From Podarcis liolepis (taxonomy: Eukaryota), in assembly GCA_965112155.1 (NCBI GenBank), contig OZ218099.1: DNA of 64,000 nt; one strand, given 5' to 3'. Below, piece by piece: positions 21,951 through 34,413 of this stretch (position 1 is the stretch's first letter; the number at the start of each line of letters is the position of its first letter). The notes under the pieces were generated by a model. That model was not told the DNA's origin, made no database searches, and saw nothing but the letters and a program-made list of their open reading frames with translations. A program made the translations under genes and the position numbers.

Positions 21951-24900
21951 GGAGGCAGTTGCTTCCATTCTCCTCCTTGCCTTCTCAGACTTCCACGCGG
22001 AGCCTTGTTTTGTCCTAATACAACAGTGCTTGGCCCAGCCCAGATGCTTTACCCCTTGTACATTGCCTCATCCTGTTCTCCTTTAGTCTTTCTCTTTAAA
22101 AACCTGCATATATTGAGCTCCTTGTTGGGCATGAGTGTCAGGCTTGCCCTCCTACTCAATGCCATTTCCACTGCAACTGATGCATAATTCAACAGTTCCC
22201 ACAAGCAGATGCCAAAGCTGGACTTAGGGCTAAGATGTGTGTTTTGGCCCAGTTTTGCACTGAATCATTCTATTCCTCAGATTGCCTTGCTTGAATTCTC
22301 ATCAAACGGCAGCTCTTTAAGAGGTAGCTGCTTTCTTGGGCATATGAATTTGCATGCAGAATTGAATGTCCTGAACAGTTTTATTGCTTTTAATCAAAGG
22401 GCACATAGCAGCAACATTATGACCTGCGGTATCTCTTCTGTGTCCCAGTCACAGTAAAGAAGCAAAATTTCTAGATACCCTAAATGACTGTGCCTCTGGT
22501 CATGGAACCAACTAGAAAGTCAGCAACCCTGAGGTTAATCTTGAGTAGCGCCCAGGACCTGATGCAAGATGTAATTGTTGTCATGCCAGTTGGGAGCAGT
22601 GACCATAGCACTATTAAATTAAATGTACTTTGATTTCAAAACAGGAAACTTCCCCAAAGGGAGGAACTTGGTAAAAAGGAAGTTGAAAGGCAAAGTCAAT
22701 TGGGTTGGATCACTCCAAATTGCTGGGGACTTGTTTAAAAATGCAGTATTAGAAACTCGGCTGGCGTGTACACCATAGATGGCAAAAAGTATCATGAGGG
22801 CCAAGATAATGCAAGTTTGGTAATGTGCAGAGTCAAAGAAGCCGTTAGAGGCAAGAAGGCTTCCTTTAACAAAAGGAAGTTTTGTCCATATGAAGAGAAC
22901 AAAAAGGAACACAAAATGGAGTCTCCCATTGGTATTGGTATTTGTGCTTTATAACTTGTTCACAAATGATCAAGAGTTAGGAAGGGGTGAGCAGTGAAGT
23001 GCCCACATTTATTGATGATACTGAATTGTTCATGGTCTTTAAAATGAAAAGAGATTGTGAAGAGCTCCAAAAGGACCTTTCCAAACTGAATGAATGGTTG
23101 GTAAAATGGCAAATGCAACTCATTGTAAATGAATTGTTAGCGCCACTAGGAATAATAATTTTACATATACGCTCATGGGCTTTGAACTAGTGGTGACTGA
23201 CCAGGAATGAGACTTTGGGGTAATAGTGGATGTCAGCACAGTGTGCAGCAATTGTGAAAAAAAGCCAAATTCCACACTAGGGGGAATTAGAAAAGGAACT
23301 GAAAATAAAACTGCCAATGTCACAATGACATACAAATCTGTGGTGCAACCACATTTGGAATATTGTGTAGTACAGTTCTGGTCAGCTCACCTCAAAAAAG
23401 GATATTGTAAAGTTGGGAAAGGTTCAGAAAAGTGCAACTAAAATGAAAGGGGAATGGATCTTCAAGGGAAGGTTGCAGTGTTTGGGGCTTCTTAGTTTAG
23501 AGAAAAGGTGAATCAGAGGTGACATAGAAGTCTATAAAATTATGCATGGCATGGAGAGAATGGACAGAAAAGCCCCCCCCCCCATCACACTAGAACTGGT
23601 GGACCTCTAATGAAGCTGAATGTTGGAAGATTCAGAACTGATGAGAGAAAGTACTTCTTCACGCAGTACATTGTTAATATGTGGAACTCACTTCAAGAGG
23701 AGGCAGTGATGTCCACCAACTTTTGGATGGCTTTAAAAGAGGATTGCACAAATTCATGGAGGATAAGGCTATCAATGGCTACCAGCCATGATAACTGTTT
23801 CCCCAGTTGGAGGCAGTAATGTTTCTGAATACCAGTTACTGGTAAGCACTAGAGGGAAGAGTGATTCTGAGCTCGGGTCCTGCTTTTGAGTTTTCCACAG
23901 GCATCTGGGTGGCTGCTGAAGTACAGGACAATGGACTTGATGGAGCATTGGCTTGATCCAGCAGGCAGTTCTTATGTTCTTACAATTATCCCTAATTAGT
24001 AGCAATGACAAATAGTTTGTCATTTTAATTTGCTAGGGAAGCTAGTTCAAATTGAGTGACTACACCAGTCATGTGCTTGCAAATTGAGGACTGTCCTATG
24101 TTTATTGTGCTCCTGTTCATTTCATAATTGTTTTTCTAAGAAAATCACACTTGTTTGGGTGCACATTTAACATTTCATGTGTTCCCCTAAAAATACAGTG
24201 TGTGAGGGGTCCCAAATTGATGTGGCCCTTAGTGAATGAGCAAAAATAGCCATCCTAGCTAGTGTTCTTTTTTTCTGCCAAGAAAATAGGCTATGACTCA
24301 CTAGAGTAACACAAGTTAGGGATCAACTTCCTTGTAGTAAACCTCACCCCAGAAAAGCTTATGCTTTGCTGTTCTTTACCTTGAGAATATTTTATTGCAG
24401 TAATCTGAGTAGTCACTTCAGTGTAAGCTAGTAAAATGTTCACATTCTATTTGCATCAGAAACTTTGTATCATGTGGGTTGTATGGGCTACACCTACAGG
24501 ATGCGGTTTCCTAGGGTGCTTGTTTATAGGCTAGTAGAGTTGTTGGAATTCCAGCTTTTATCTTGGCAACAAATTCAGATGTGCTGGTTTTGACTTATAA
24601 AGCCTTAAACAGCTCAGGACTGCAATAGCTCAGGGACCACCTCTCGCCGCATGAAATTATTTGACTCCTGTGATCATCGCCCGAGGCCCTTCTTTTGGGT
24701 GCCTCCCCCACAAGAGGTCTGAAAGGTGTCAACGCAAGAACAGGCATTTTATGTGGTGGCTCATAAATTCAAGGTTCATTCTAAACCATTATAGTGAATA
24801 AAGTTTGAACTGGCTGAAAGGAAAAAATATTTAGATTGATGTACTTGATTGTGCTTCTTGGTAAATAAATAAATGGGAAAAATAATATGCAGTTACTATA

Positions 24901-27900
24901 AATGCTGAGGTGGAGGAACAGAAGGGGGCGGGGAAAAGGAAGACAAATTTTTCTCAATAACTGGCATCAACTACAAGAAACAGGAAATGTGTGGTTGACA
25001 GAGCTCTCAATTTAAGCCTGTTGTGGGCCAGCCTGTTCATAAACAAATTACATTTGGCAGAATAAGGACTCCCTAATCCCTATAAACAGCTGTGTAGGTT
25101 TGATCCTCAATATCCAAGAAAATACATCAGGTTCCAGGCATCTTTATAGCTTTTAGTGCCAATTGCTTTTCTAAAATGTTCACAAATCCATTCTACTGCC
25201 ATGGACACAATTGAACCACTGTAATGCATTGGATCTGTACTTGCAGTTAGATTCCTGTATTGCCTGTTGTGACTAAGAGCATCTCTGGCAGGGAAGAGTC
25301 TTACTTGACCCTCTTAATGGGAGATGCCTGGGACTTCTGTACACAGAGCATGTGCTACTACTGAGCTGTCTTTTGCCTGTTGATAAAGAGCATATATACC
25401 TGACATAGTAATCCTCTTCTTTTTTAGGGTGCTTTGCATGTGGGATGGAAAATGGATTTAGAGTGTTTAATGCAGATCCGCTCAAAGAGAAGGAGAAACA
25501 AGGTGAGATTCTTTCTCAATATACATAGTTGTTCTGCTGTGCCATTTTTTTCATCTTAAACCACGTGCTGTGCAATCCTATACCCTCAAGTAACTGTGCA
25601 TAGAACAGAGATTTCACTTGCCAGAATTTGAGTACAATTTTTTAAAACTTTGATCCAGTATAATATTGCTGTGTCCATAATGTGTGGTCAGAAGAAGGCT
25701 CTGAGCAGGCTTTTCTGATGATGAAGCATTGTCTTGAAACGAGGCACTCCAGGAGTAAAAAGTAAAAGAGGACTGACATCAGCTGCATTTTAACTTGGAG
25801 TCTTTGGAGAGAATCCTCTTGATACACAAAGATGTTACAGCATTAATAAACTTTTATTTGCCTTGAGTGTTTAATTAAAAATGTCCCTTTTCCCTCTCCA
25901 GAATTTCTAGAAGGAGGTGTTGGCCATGTTGAAATGTTGTTTCGCTGCAATTATTTAGCTTTGGTTGGTGGAGGAAAAAAACCCAAATACCCACCTAATA
26001 AAGGTAAAGTATTGAGCAGTAAGTAAGCAATAGCTTAGGGCTGAGTTCAGCACTAAACATTTCCAAGCAGCTTTAATGTAACTGGTGTTCAAGCAGATTT
26101 TATCGAAAACCTCCTGGGTAGTTTAAAATTTGAATAAATGTGGACTTAGCTGTCACCTTCTCTAGTTGTGCTATGAGGTATCATTCCTTTTAATGCCAGG
26201 TGCTAGCTAGAGCAATCTGTGACCTATTGTTTCCCTGTATTCAGGATAATTTGTGTTTTTCCAGATGGTCAAAGGATAAACAGATTTTGATAAGCAGCTA
26301 TGATACTGCACTCCCACATAAATAGGAATAAAAAGCTGTTGGCAGTAGCAGGTGGGGAGGGTGAAGAAGAGGGTGGACTAAGCTTCAGAGTGCCATCATA
26401 TAAGACTTGTTTGGATGTAGCTGATTCTTCTATTTTCTCCTGCCCCAAACCAATTGTAACTTAATGCTAACTATACAATGTCTAATTTTGAAGATCTGAA
26501 CTTGGGGTATGGTTTTTGTTTTTTTTTTGCCAAGTGAACCAGTGCAAACTGGGTAGTCTGGGATGCAGTAGTTCCTCATGTAGCTAGACTTCCAAAGTGG
26601 CATCTCTGGAAGCACTTTATAAGATTGCAAGGTGTTATTTTAAGACTAATAAGGCCATTTCCATTTCTGCAGTGATGATCTGGGATGATCTGAAAAAGAA
26701 GACCGTTATCGAAATAGAATTTTCCACAGAAGTCAAAGCAGTTAAACTGCGAAGAGATAGGTGAGTCTGGTCACACTCTGTTGTATGGAGAGCTCCTTCT
26801 GTTTTTTCCCCAGTTTGGAGTTGGACCAGTGTAACTGGACATGATGCTAATTGGCCTGCCATTGCCTTCTCTTTCAGAATCGTGGTAGTTCTGGACTCTA
26901 TGATTAAGGTTTTCACATTCACGCACAACCCTCACCAGTTGCACGTCTTCGAAACCTGCTACAATCCTAAAGGTAAGTGTTATCCACTACATAAAGTGTA
27001 AGAGGAACAAAGAAAGATTCTGTGCTGTTCTTCTTCTGTTTGCTATTGTACTCCTTATGATAACTGATGCTGTCTATTTTGCACCCCCTAGGACTTAACT
27101 ATATAAAAAAACTACTTGGACCTTTCTCATGCTTTGCAAGTGCTGTGGTGCTGAGCCATAGCATCCTTGTCATCCCCATTAAATGCAGTGGAAAAACTTA
27201 TGAAACCATTTGTCCTCCATCTTCCCATAGTTTTCACATTGGATTTGGAAAAAAGAAAAAGCATTGTTGGAAAATGCATTGTTAGAATATGGCATTTCAG
27301 GGCTAATTGTCAATTTAGGGTGGGAGTCAACTGTATGCTATGATGAACATTGCATCACTGCGAGCATTGCAGTTTGTCCGACAAAACAGTTTCCCATCTC
27401 CTCCCCCGTGTGCTGTTCTGAGGGTTCTCCCAATCACTTTGAGCCAATTTCAAGAGCCATGGAAGCAGGAAAAGGGGAGAAAGCCCTATTGTGCAAACAG
27501 AAGCCCTATTGGAGGGTTTGTGCTGGTGGGACTCATTCGGTAAATCCTGCCTTTTGCTTATACAGACATTGACACTCATGGCTATGTGGTAACATGAAGC
27601 TTCCTAGCTTGCTTTTTTGAGTATTCCAAGTACTATCAAAACTTATTTTCAGAAGGAGGGTGGGGAGGACGGAGATGGTAGTAAAAATTCCTATTCCTCA
27701 ATACTTTAAATTGTATTTCAGGTCTTTGTGTCCTGTGCCCAAACAGTAATAATTCCCTACTTGCATTCCCTGGAACACATACTGGACATGTGCAGATAGT
27801 GGACCTGGCAAATACAGAGAAACCTCCTGTAGATATACCAGCTCATGAAGGGGTCTTGAGTTGCATAGCTCTTAACCTACAGGGAACAAGAATTGCCACA

Positions 27901-30900
27901 GCATCAGAAAAAGTAAGTCAATGATTTTACTCCACAGTTGGCTAGAAAACAACACAAGAGTCCTTAATGGTTTAGAATGAACCCTGAATTGTGTCATCTT
28001 GAGAGTCTGCATGGCATTTTAATAGCTGCATTGTATAGTCTTTAATTTACTGTCAAGCCTACTGGGAAGACTGTATCACCTAACACAGAAGTTGAATTTA
28101 TGAAAGTCTTGGCTTATACAGAAAGTTGGCAACCTTTGTGGTTGTAGTGATTACTTTTGAAAATATGCATGCTGTTATTGCAAATATTGGTCAAGAGATA
28201 AACTCTGCATTCTTTGGCAGCCTGTAACCTGCATTACTTCAAATAGGTTCCCTGGCTATTCGTTCCTCACTCAAACCTTTCATCCTGCTGCCTCACTATT
28301 TGCATGCCAGAATCTTCCAAAATATGTAACAAATGTGTTATATACTAGGTTCAGACTACTGTATACGGTATAAATCCAGTTCATGTAGACTTTCTCAATT
28401 TTCCTGTCAAAATACTGACTTTAGTGGCATTGATCTTGGATATATTCATGCAGATAAACCTGAGAGGATTTCCATATATGTGGGAAGGATAGCACCGCAA
28501 AACAAAAATAATTCCATATGGGAAGGGCAAAGATGTGCAGCTACGATAGTGTAGGGTGGTGGAAAAATGACGGAGCCATCATCTGGGAAGTGAACAGCTG
28601 TATCCTAATGTTGTGTTCTGGGAAGTACTTGTGTTGTTTTTGAAAGGTTCCCCTCACATCTTTAATGTGTGCTGTTGCTTTTCAAGGGGACCCTAATAAG
28701 AATATTTGATACATCATCTGGGCATTTAATCCAGGAACTGCGCAGAGGGTCTCAGGCTGCCAATATCTACTGGTAAGGTTTATTGTTTTGTTAATGTGTT
28801 GGGGGGATTGGAGGAATCATGCTTTGCCTTGATCATCAGCAAGATGAGGGAGTGGCCGTTATACAAATGGGGGTTTCATGCTTTAAAACTACCCCCCCCC
28901 ATTTTCCAGTTAAGAGACATGAACTTCCTGTGTGTGAATAATTTTCTTCCATCTGTGACCTACTAATCATACAGCTGATACTGTCAGCTGGCTTTTCCAC
29001 ATTAGCCAGCTGAGTGTTATGTGTAGCACATCAGACAAATATAAACATTAGCCTTGGTATCTGAAAATTCTTTGGGGGGAAATGTGACATCACATAGGTA
29101 GAGAAATCAGCAGCAGTACAGTTCAAGAGGAATTTAATCCAATTGAGAGTTGAGCATTGGAAAAAAAGAGAAAAAAATGGGAGTGGGGGTTAAGTCTGGG
29201 AGGTGGCAGTGTCTGAGATATACAATAAAGCATCAGTTCAAACATGTGAACTTTTCTATAGCTTTAAAAAGTTGGGGAAACAAGGATCCCTTAGTTCTAT
29301 GTCCATAGGATCTTTGATGTCTGCACCTTTTCTCAAACTCAGAATGAAAACTCAGAATTAAAGTAGCATTCATCCTGCAACTGTGTTCTGTGTTGGTTTA
29401 TGGAGGAACTAAGATACTAATTAAGAAGTAATTATGCCTCACCAATATCTGTGTGCCCTTTTCTTCAGCTACATGTATTATGGAGGAGTTAATGCTTTTT
29501 AAAGGTGTGAATATATTTCCCTTCCTCCCGTCTATGTCGTTTACTTCTGGGGTGAATGCTCTTTCACTTTCTACCACTTCAGTTGCTGATGCTGCTTCAC
29601 TCTGCATCAACACCTGCTGATAAAAGGTTAGCATCTTGCTGGGTATGTTGTTGCAAGGTGGCATTGCTTTAGATAACCTCCCCAAAACCTACAGTTAGAA
29701 ACTCTTGTTTTTAAGATACTTGGGAAAGAGGTTGGCTTATAGTGTTTGAAAAGTTTCAGTATATACACATAGGCATTTCTTTAAAAAGTAACTTATTCCA
29801 TGACAGTGGTGATATAAGCAGACTTGTTTTTGACTTCTCCTTTAGCATTAACTTCAACCAAGATGCTTCTCTCATTTGTGTGTCAAGTGATCATGCCACA
29901 GTGCACATTTTTGCTGCGGAGGATCCTAAGAGGAACAAGCAGTCGAGGTAAGCAGCTGGGACCAGAGTGATGATCTCTAGGCAAAAATGATTAGGTAACT
30001 TCATACAGGAAGAATGTATCAGTAGCTAAAATAAAGTAAATAATTTAAATAATCACTGACCTAGCCACTGTGATCCACGTGACGGTCACCTCCAGACTGG
30101 GTTATTGTAACTCGTTCTACGTGGGGCTGCCCTTGAGACTGACCCAGAAACTCCAGCGGATGCAGAATGCCGCGGCAAGACTTCTTACGGGGTCCTCGCT
30201 GCGGGATCACATTCACCCAGTGCTATACCAACTGCACTGGCTCCCGGTGGAGTACAGGATCAGGTTTAAGGTGCTGGTATTAACCTTTAAAGCTCTATAC
30301 GGCCTAGGACCCTCGTACCTACGGGACCGCCTCTCCTGGTATGTCCCACGGAGGATCTTATGGTCTTCAAACAAAAACACCTTGGAGGTCCCGGGCCAAA
30401 GAGAGGTTAGGCTGGCCTCAACCAGAGCCAGGGCTTTTTCGGCTGTGGCTCCAATCTGGTGGAATGCTCTGTCACAAGAGACTAGGGCCCTGCGGGACTT
30501 GACATCTTTCCGCAGGGCCTGCAAGACAGAGCTGTTCCATCAGGGCTTTGGCTAGGGCACAGCCTAACCCCCTCCTTTGGCAATCCTCACAGAACTCTAG
30601 CCCAATGGTTGCCATTAATCTGATTTGAACTGATTTTATAATGAAATGATTTTAGAATGTTATATCATTTTACTGTTGTTAGCCACTCTGAGCCCAGCTT
30701 TGGCTGGGGAGGGCGGGATATAAATAAAAATTTATTGTTGTTATTATTAAAATAGTTGTGAACCTTAATACGTGGTGCTAGAAGTCAGTTTGCTTCAGTG
30801 CCTGGACTACTGGGTTGAGATGATGCTGAAGAGAGCTTTCTTTCTTTTTCAGCTTAGCATCAGCCAGCTTCCTGCCCAAATACTTCAGTTCCAAATGGAG

Positions 30901-31571
30901 TTTTTCCAAATTTCAGGTTCCCTCAGGCTCTCCCTGCATCTGTGCCTTTGGAACCGAGCCGAATTCTGTCCTAGGTAAGAATCTCAAGTTGCACCAAAAA
31001 TCAAACAAGGCCCCTCACTATGCATATCCCAAACATAGCCTATGAATTCAAGCAGCTGTGCTCACAAACAAGCTTTTTAGAGGAATCTCCCTCTGTCCTT
31101 GATGGGAGTGTGATTTATATAAATGGGTTTTAACTCCAGATTGCAGCCTAAGATTGTAAAAATGATTGCAGCCTAAGATTGTAAAAATGTTTAGATTACA
31201 AGGAATGTTGAACGCTCAAGATTGTTGCTTGAGATCCTCACAGAGGGCAGCTTAATGATTCATCAAGAACTATCTGGGGTGGGGCAAGCCAGGTGCTAGA
31301 ATTGATTGGCGTATATAGCGCAGGTCTTATAGGAGAATGTTTCTTAGCCTGCAGGTAATGTGGCGTCACTTGCTGCTCTCACAAGCAAAAGCTGTGCAGT
31401 GAAACACAATGTGTAAGCAATTGACTTCAGTTGCCAAACTGAAAACAGTATCTTTCTCTTGCAGCGATCTGTGCAGATGGCAGCTACTACAAATTTTTAT
31501 TCAATCAAAAAGGGGAATGCTCCAGGGATGTCTATGCTCAGTTCCTAGAAATGACTGATGACAAACTTTGA
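21331..31571 (+). CDS. WDR45B: WD repeat domain phosphoinositide-interacting protein 3 (WIPI3, PROPPIN), whole gene span, 10 coding exons, 344 aa
   Basis: join(21331-21397,25428-25502,25902-26003,26673-26760,26878-26972,27722-27912,28687-28772,29846-29947,30853-30974,31465-31571) = 1035 nt in frame. [23 protein letters not shown]...LRRG motif...FLEMTDDKL*. Confidence 0.97.
22625..23982 (+). mobile_element. CR1 LINE remnant (fragmented ORF2 and 3'UTR)
   Basis: Peptides [69 protein letters not shown]; ends in TTCTTATGTTCTTA. Confidence 0.9.
24575..24762 (+). mobile_element. L2 LINE fragment
   Basis: GTGCTGGTTTTGACTTATAAAGCCTTAAAC...AGGGACCACCTCTC, homologous to the L2 at 30270-30450. Confidence 0.7.
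25428..25502 (+). CDS. WDR45B: WDR45B exon 2
   Basis: tttag|; [24 protein letters not shown]; |gtgaga. Confidence 0.95.
25902..26003 (+). CDS. WDR45B: WDR45B exon 3
   Basis: ctccag|; [33 protein letters not shown]; |gtaaag. Confidence 0.95.
26673..26760 (+). CDS. WDR45B: WDR45B exon 4
   Basis: ctgcag|; [28 protein letters not shown]; |gtgagt. Confidence 0.95.
26878..26972 (+). CDS. WDR45B: WDR45B exon 5
   Basis: tttcag|; [31 protein letters not shown]; |gtaagt. Confidence 0.95.
27722..27912 (+). CDS. WDR45B: WDR45B exon 6
   Basis: tttcag|; [17 protein letters not shown]...[24 protein letters not shown]; |gtaagt. Confidence 0.95.
28687..28772 (+). CDS. WDR45B: WDR45B exon 7 (LRRG phosphoinositide-binding motif)
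   Basis: ttcaag|; [28 protein letters not shown]; |gtaagg. Confidence 0.95.
29846..29947 (+). CDS. WDR45B: WDR45B exon 8
   Basis: ctttag|; [33 protein letters not shown]; |gtaagc. Confidence 0.95.
30054..30748 (+). mobile_element. L2 LINE, 5'-truncated and relatively young (open ORF2 C-terminus 30070-30555)
   Basis: [11 protein letters not shown]...[49 protein letters not shown]; 3' tail GAGGGCGGGATATAAATAAAA..(TTA)n. Confidence 0.9.
30853..30974 (+). CDS. WDR45B: WDR45B exon 9
   Basis: tttcag|; [40 protein letters not shown]; |gtaaga. Confidence 0.95.
31139..31189. repeat. Perfect 25-bp tandem duplication
   Basis: GATTGCAGCCTAAGATTGTAAAAAT x2. Confidence 0.9.
31465..31571 (+). CDS. WDR45B: WDR45B exon 10
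   Basis: ttgcag|; [34 protein letters not shown]; TGA at 31569-31571. Confidence 0.95.
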
Positions 31572-32451
31572 CTGAACTGATGGAAATTTGTAGGTAGGGG
31601 GGAAGGTGATCTGGAACCCCGTCCTGCTTATTCTCCCTTTCCTGAAGAGATGGCCTCTCACTACCTTCAGTCAACTGTGCTGCTCAAGATGGGACAGATG
31701 ACTTTAAGAAGCCCAAACCAGTATGGACAGAGCAAGGCAGAGGACTACTACGTTAACTGTCAACAGCTGGTTTTAAATGTTAAGTTTTGGCTGCTGTTGT
31801 TCCTTCAATTTCCCCCCCTTTTTTTAAAAAAAATGTTTCAATAGCCTGTGCCTATTGGGTTTCTCTCTGTAATTAAACTGTGAAACTTAGTGCCTGCCAC
31901 TCCATAAGAGTGAAGGGGCAGGAAATTACTAAGGTTTAAACAGTGAATGGGACATGTCAAAAGTACATACAGATTTGAGTTCTAGTACCGTGCTTAAGGG
32001 GGTGGCAGGAAATCTATACCAGCAGTTTCTGCCTTTGTAAAATGTCCTTTTTCTCCTATCTTCTAATACACAGAAAGGAATATTATAGCAAGTTGGCTCC
32101 TAGTTGCACTTGCTCTGACATAGATAGAATGCTCAAGGTCCTTGTTTTCATGCTGTTATAAATAGATATTAACTTGTTTGTCATTTGTCAGAGGTGCCAA
32201 AAGAAATCCATAGCAAACATCATTAAAGTACCGTTGGCCTAAATAACCATTGTGCAGGGCAGGAAGTGGCATAGGACAATGTTGAGATGCTGGGAAAGTG
32301 ACAGCAAACAGCTTAGATATTGGAAATAAGCATTCCAGACACTTCAGTTCTTGATCCATTGGTATTTGCACTTAGGTTGTGCTGGGGAAGTTCTACAATT
32401 ACAAGATAATCTGTAATGGCCAAGAGGGTAGTATACTGAACAACAAGAAGG

Positions 32452-32568
32452 GGGAAAGTGTGACCCTCCAGGTGTTACTGGACTTCACTGCCATCAGTGC
32501 TAGCCAGCATGGCCAAGGATGATGAGAGGTGTAGTTAAACAGCTGGAGGGCTGCAGCTTCCCCACCTT
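32452..32568. mobile_element. Old palindromic MITE (hAT-like) in the WDR45B 3'UTR
   Basis: GGGGAAAGTGTGACCCTCCAGGTGTT ... AACAGCTGGAGGGCTGCAGCTTCCCC; relatives near 39565-39630 and 55820-55958. Confidence 0.6.
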
Positions 32569-32925
32569 ATAGCCTGTAAGAAATCCCTATCATACAGCAA
32601 GCTTATTATGTGTTCAGAACAAACTAAGCCGCTGTCTCTCTGAACACTAAGTAGTACATCAATCACAACACTATATTTTGGGAAATGAGGTATTTGGACA
32701 CATAATTTGAAGTTACCAATATCATCCCCTTAAAACGCAACTTCAGTTATTAGCTCCCTTGATTTCATGCATACTTCAAGATTAACTGAAGTCTTGGTTC
32801 AAGTTGAAAAGTATTGGAATTTGTCATTTAACTAAAACCTATATACAGATGTCAGTTTGCATGTTGCTTTTAAATGTGTATTTAATCATGGAAATTGTTT
32901 TGCACACCTTTTGTAATTTTCTTTA

Positions 32926-32931
32926 ATTAAA
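32926..32931 (+). terminator. Probable WDR45B polyadenylation signal ATTAAA
   Basis: ATTAAA preceded by TTGTA and U-rich sequence and followed by U/GU-rich sequence, about 1.35 kb after the stop. Confidence 0.5.
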
Positions 32932-32977
32932 GTGACTTAATTTGCTGTATTCATTTTATGGTAACAGAAGTTCTGTA

Positions 32978-33190
32978 CAGTGGTACCTCTACTTAGGCAC
33001 ACCTCTGGTTACGTATCCTTCGGGATATGCATGTGTCAAACCTGGAAGTATTTTTCCGGGTTTCGCCACATGCAATGAAGCGCTCTACTGCGCCACAAGC
33101 ATGTGCAGAACAGGCACCTCCAGTTGCGAAAACCTCGGGATCCGACCGGAGCTTCGGAATGGATCCCATCCGCAACCGGAGGTACCACTG
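32978..33190. mobile_element. Tc1/mariner MITE, family A (inverted relative to 3316-3554)
   Basis: TA-CAGTGGTACCTC ... GAGGTACCACTG-TA. Confidence 0.85.
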
Positions 33191-33850
33191 TATATGGGTG
33201 CTAGTTCTGCTCTTTGTTTTAGTTAAATTGCCTAAATAGCTCAAGATCAATTAGGAGTAGGATGCATGTAATCTATGGCGCTAATAGATTGTATCCAAGA
33301 ATGTTGCTGAGATTTTTAATTAGTGGACCAGTGAAGGGAAACGTGTTTGTTGAGTCTAAGTGGACAGTCTGTATAAGTTTTCTCTTTCCTATCTGTGTCT
33401 CTGGCCAAATTCTTTGACACCAACTTCCAATTCTTATCATTCCCTTTTGTTCTAGGGGTACCCTTTTATCATATAGTTTTTAAACAGTAATGTTATCTTT
33501 AAAAAACAGGATAATAAGGGGGGAAAACACTTTGAAAAGTGTTGTTTCTTTGCTGAAATCCATCACTGCAAGTCCCTTGCAAATCTCATAAAACTCAGGT
33601 AGAGAAGTAATGTTTGCTGAATTTTTCAAGGAGGATAGGTATGCTGAAGCAAAATAACAGGAAGTTCAGTTCCATCATCCACAGGTTGAAGTAAGGTAAC
33701 ATTTTTTAAAAATCCCAGTAGTTATTATTAACACTAGTTTGTCAATTGTAACAGCGTTTACTTCACACACATTTAAGACTTAAAAATGCTCAGTCTTCTG
33801 TATTTCACCTTCCATGACCCTCACTGTTATGCATATTGTCTATAAGGATA

Positions 33851-33885
33851 GTGTGTGTGTATACACACACACACAAACACACACA
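33851..33885. repeat. (GT)5-AT-(AC)n compound microsatellite
   Basis: 33851-33872 is a perfect 22-bp palindrome of alternating purine/pyrimidine. Confidence 0.8.
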
Positions 33886-34197
33886 TGCCTACCTCTGCCA
33901 ACCCTAGGATAATATTATCTACCAAAGTAGACTTGTTTGAAAGCTTATAATGTAATACACTTTTGCTCCACCATCCTATGAATGTTCAGGAAAAGAAACT
34001 TAAATGTAACATTTGTGTGCATGCATGTCTCCTTTCTCACCAATGCCATATTCCCACTTGACAGATTAACCTTCTCCTGTCACTGTTAAAATGAGTTGAG
34101 AGGTCTCCTCCCACAGCACATGAAACAAGATTGGATGAACCTTCATCTCCAGTAGGGGCATGTCTGACTGGTTTTGAAAGAAATGCCAATTAGACTA

Positions 34198-34413
34198 CAG
34201 TGGTACCCCAAGTTAAGTACTTAATTCGTTCCGGAGGTCTGTTCTCAACCTGAAACTGTTCTTAACCTGAAGCACCACTTTAGCTAATGGGGCCTCCGCG
34301 CCGCTGGAGCACGATTTTTGTTCTCATCCTGAAGCAAAGTTCTTAACCCGAGGTACCATTTCTGGGTTAGCGGAGTCTGTAACCTGAAGCGTCTGTAACC
34401 CGAGGTACCACTG
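34198..34413. mobile_element. Tc1/mariner MITE, family B
   Basis: TA-CAGTGGTACC ... GGTACCACTG-TA; internal TTCTTAACCTGA-type repeats; inverted internal fragment at 20444-20593. Confidence 0.9.

Noticed and set aside
20730-22187. Several 100-218 aa ORFs around WDR45B exon 1
   Set aside because: Same CpG-island artefact; only 21331-21397 splices into a recognisable protein.
25715-25750. CTGATGA...GAAACG as a hammerhead ribozyme
   Set aside because: Stem II is poor and there is no properly placed UH cleavage site or stem I.
30070-30555. 161-aa ORF as a host gene or extra WDR45B exon
   Set aside because: It is an L2 ORF2 C-terminus; WDR45B is complete without it.
34198-34413. Short repeats with spacers resembling a CRISPR array
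   Set aside because: Eukaryotic locus; these are internal repeats of a TA-flanked MITE.
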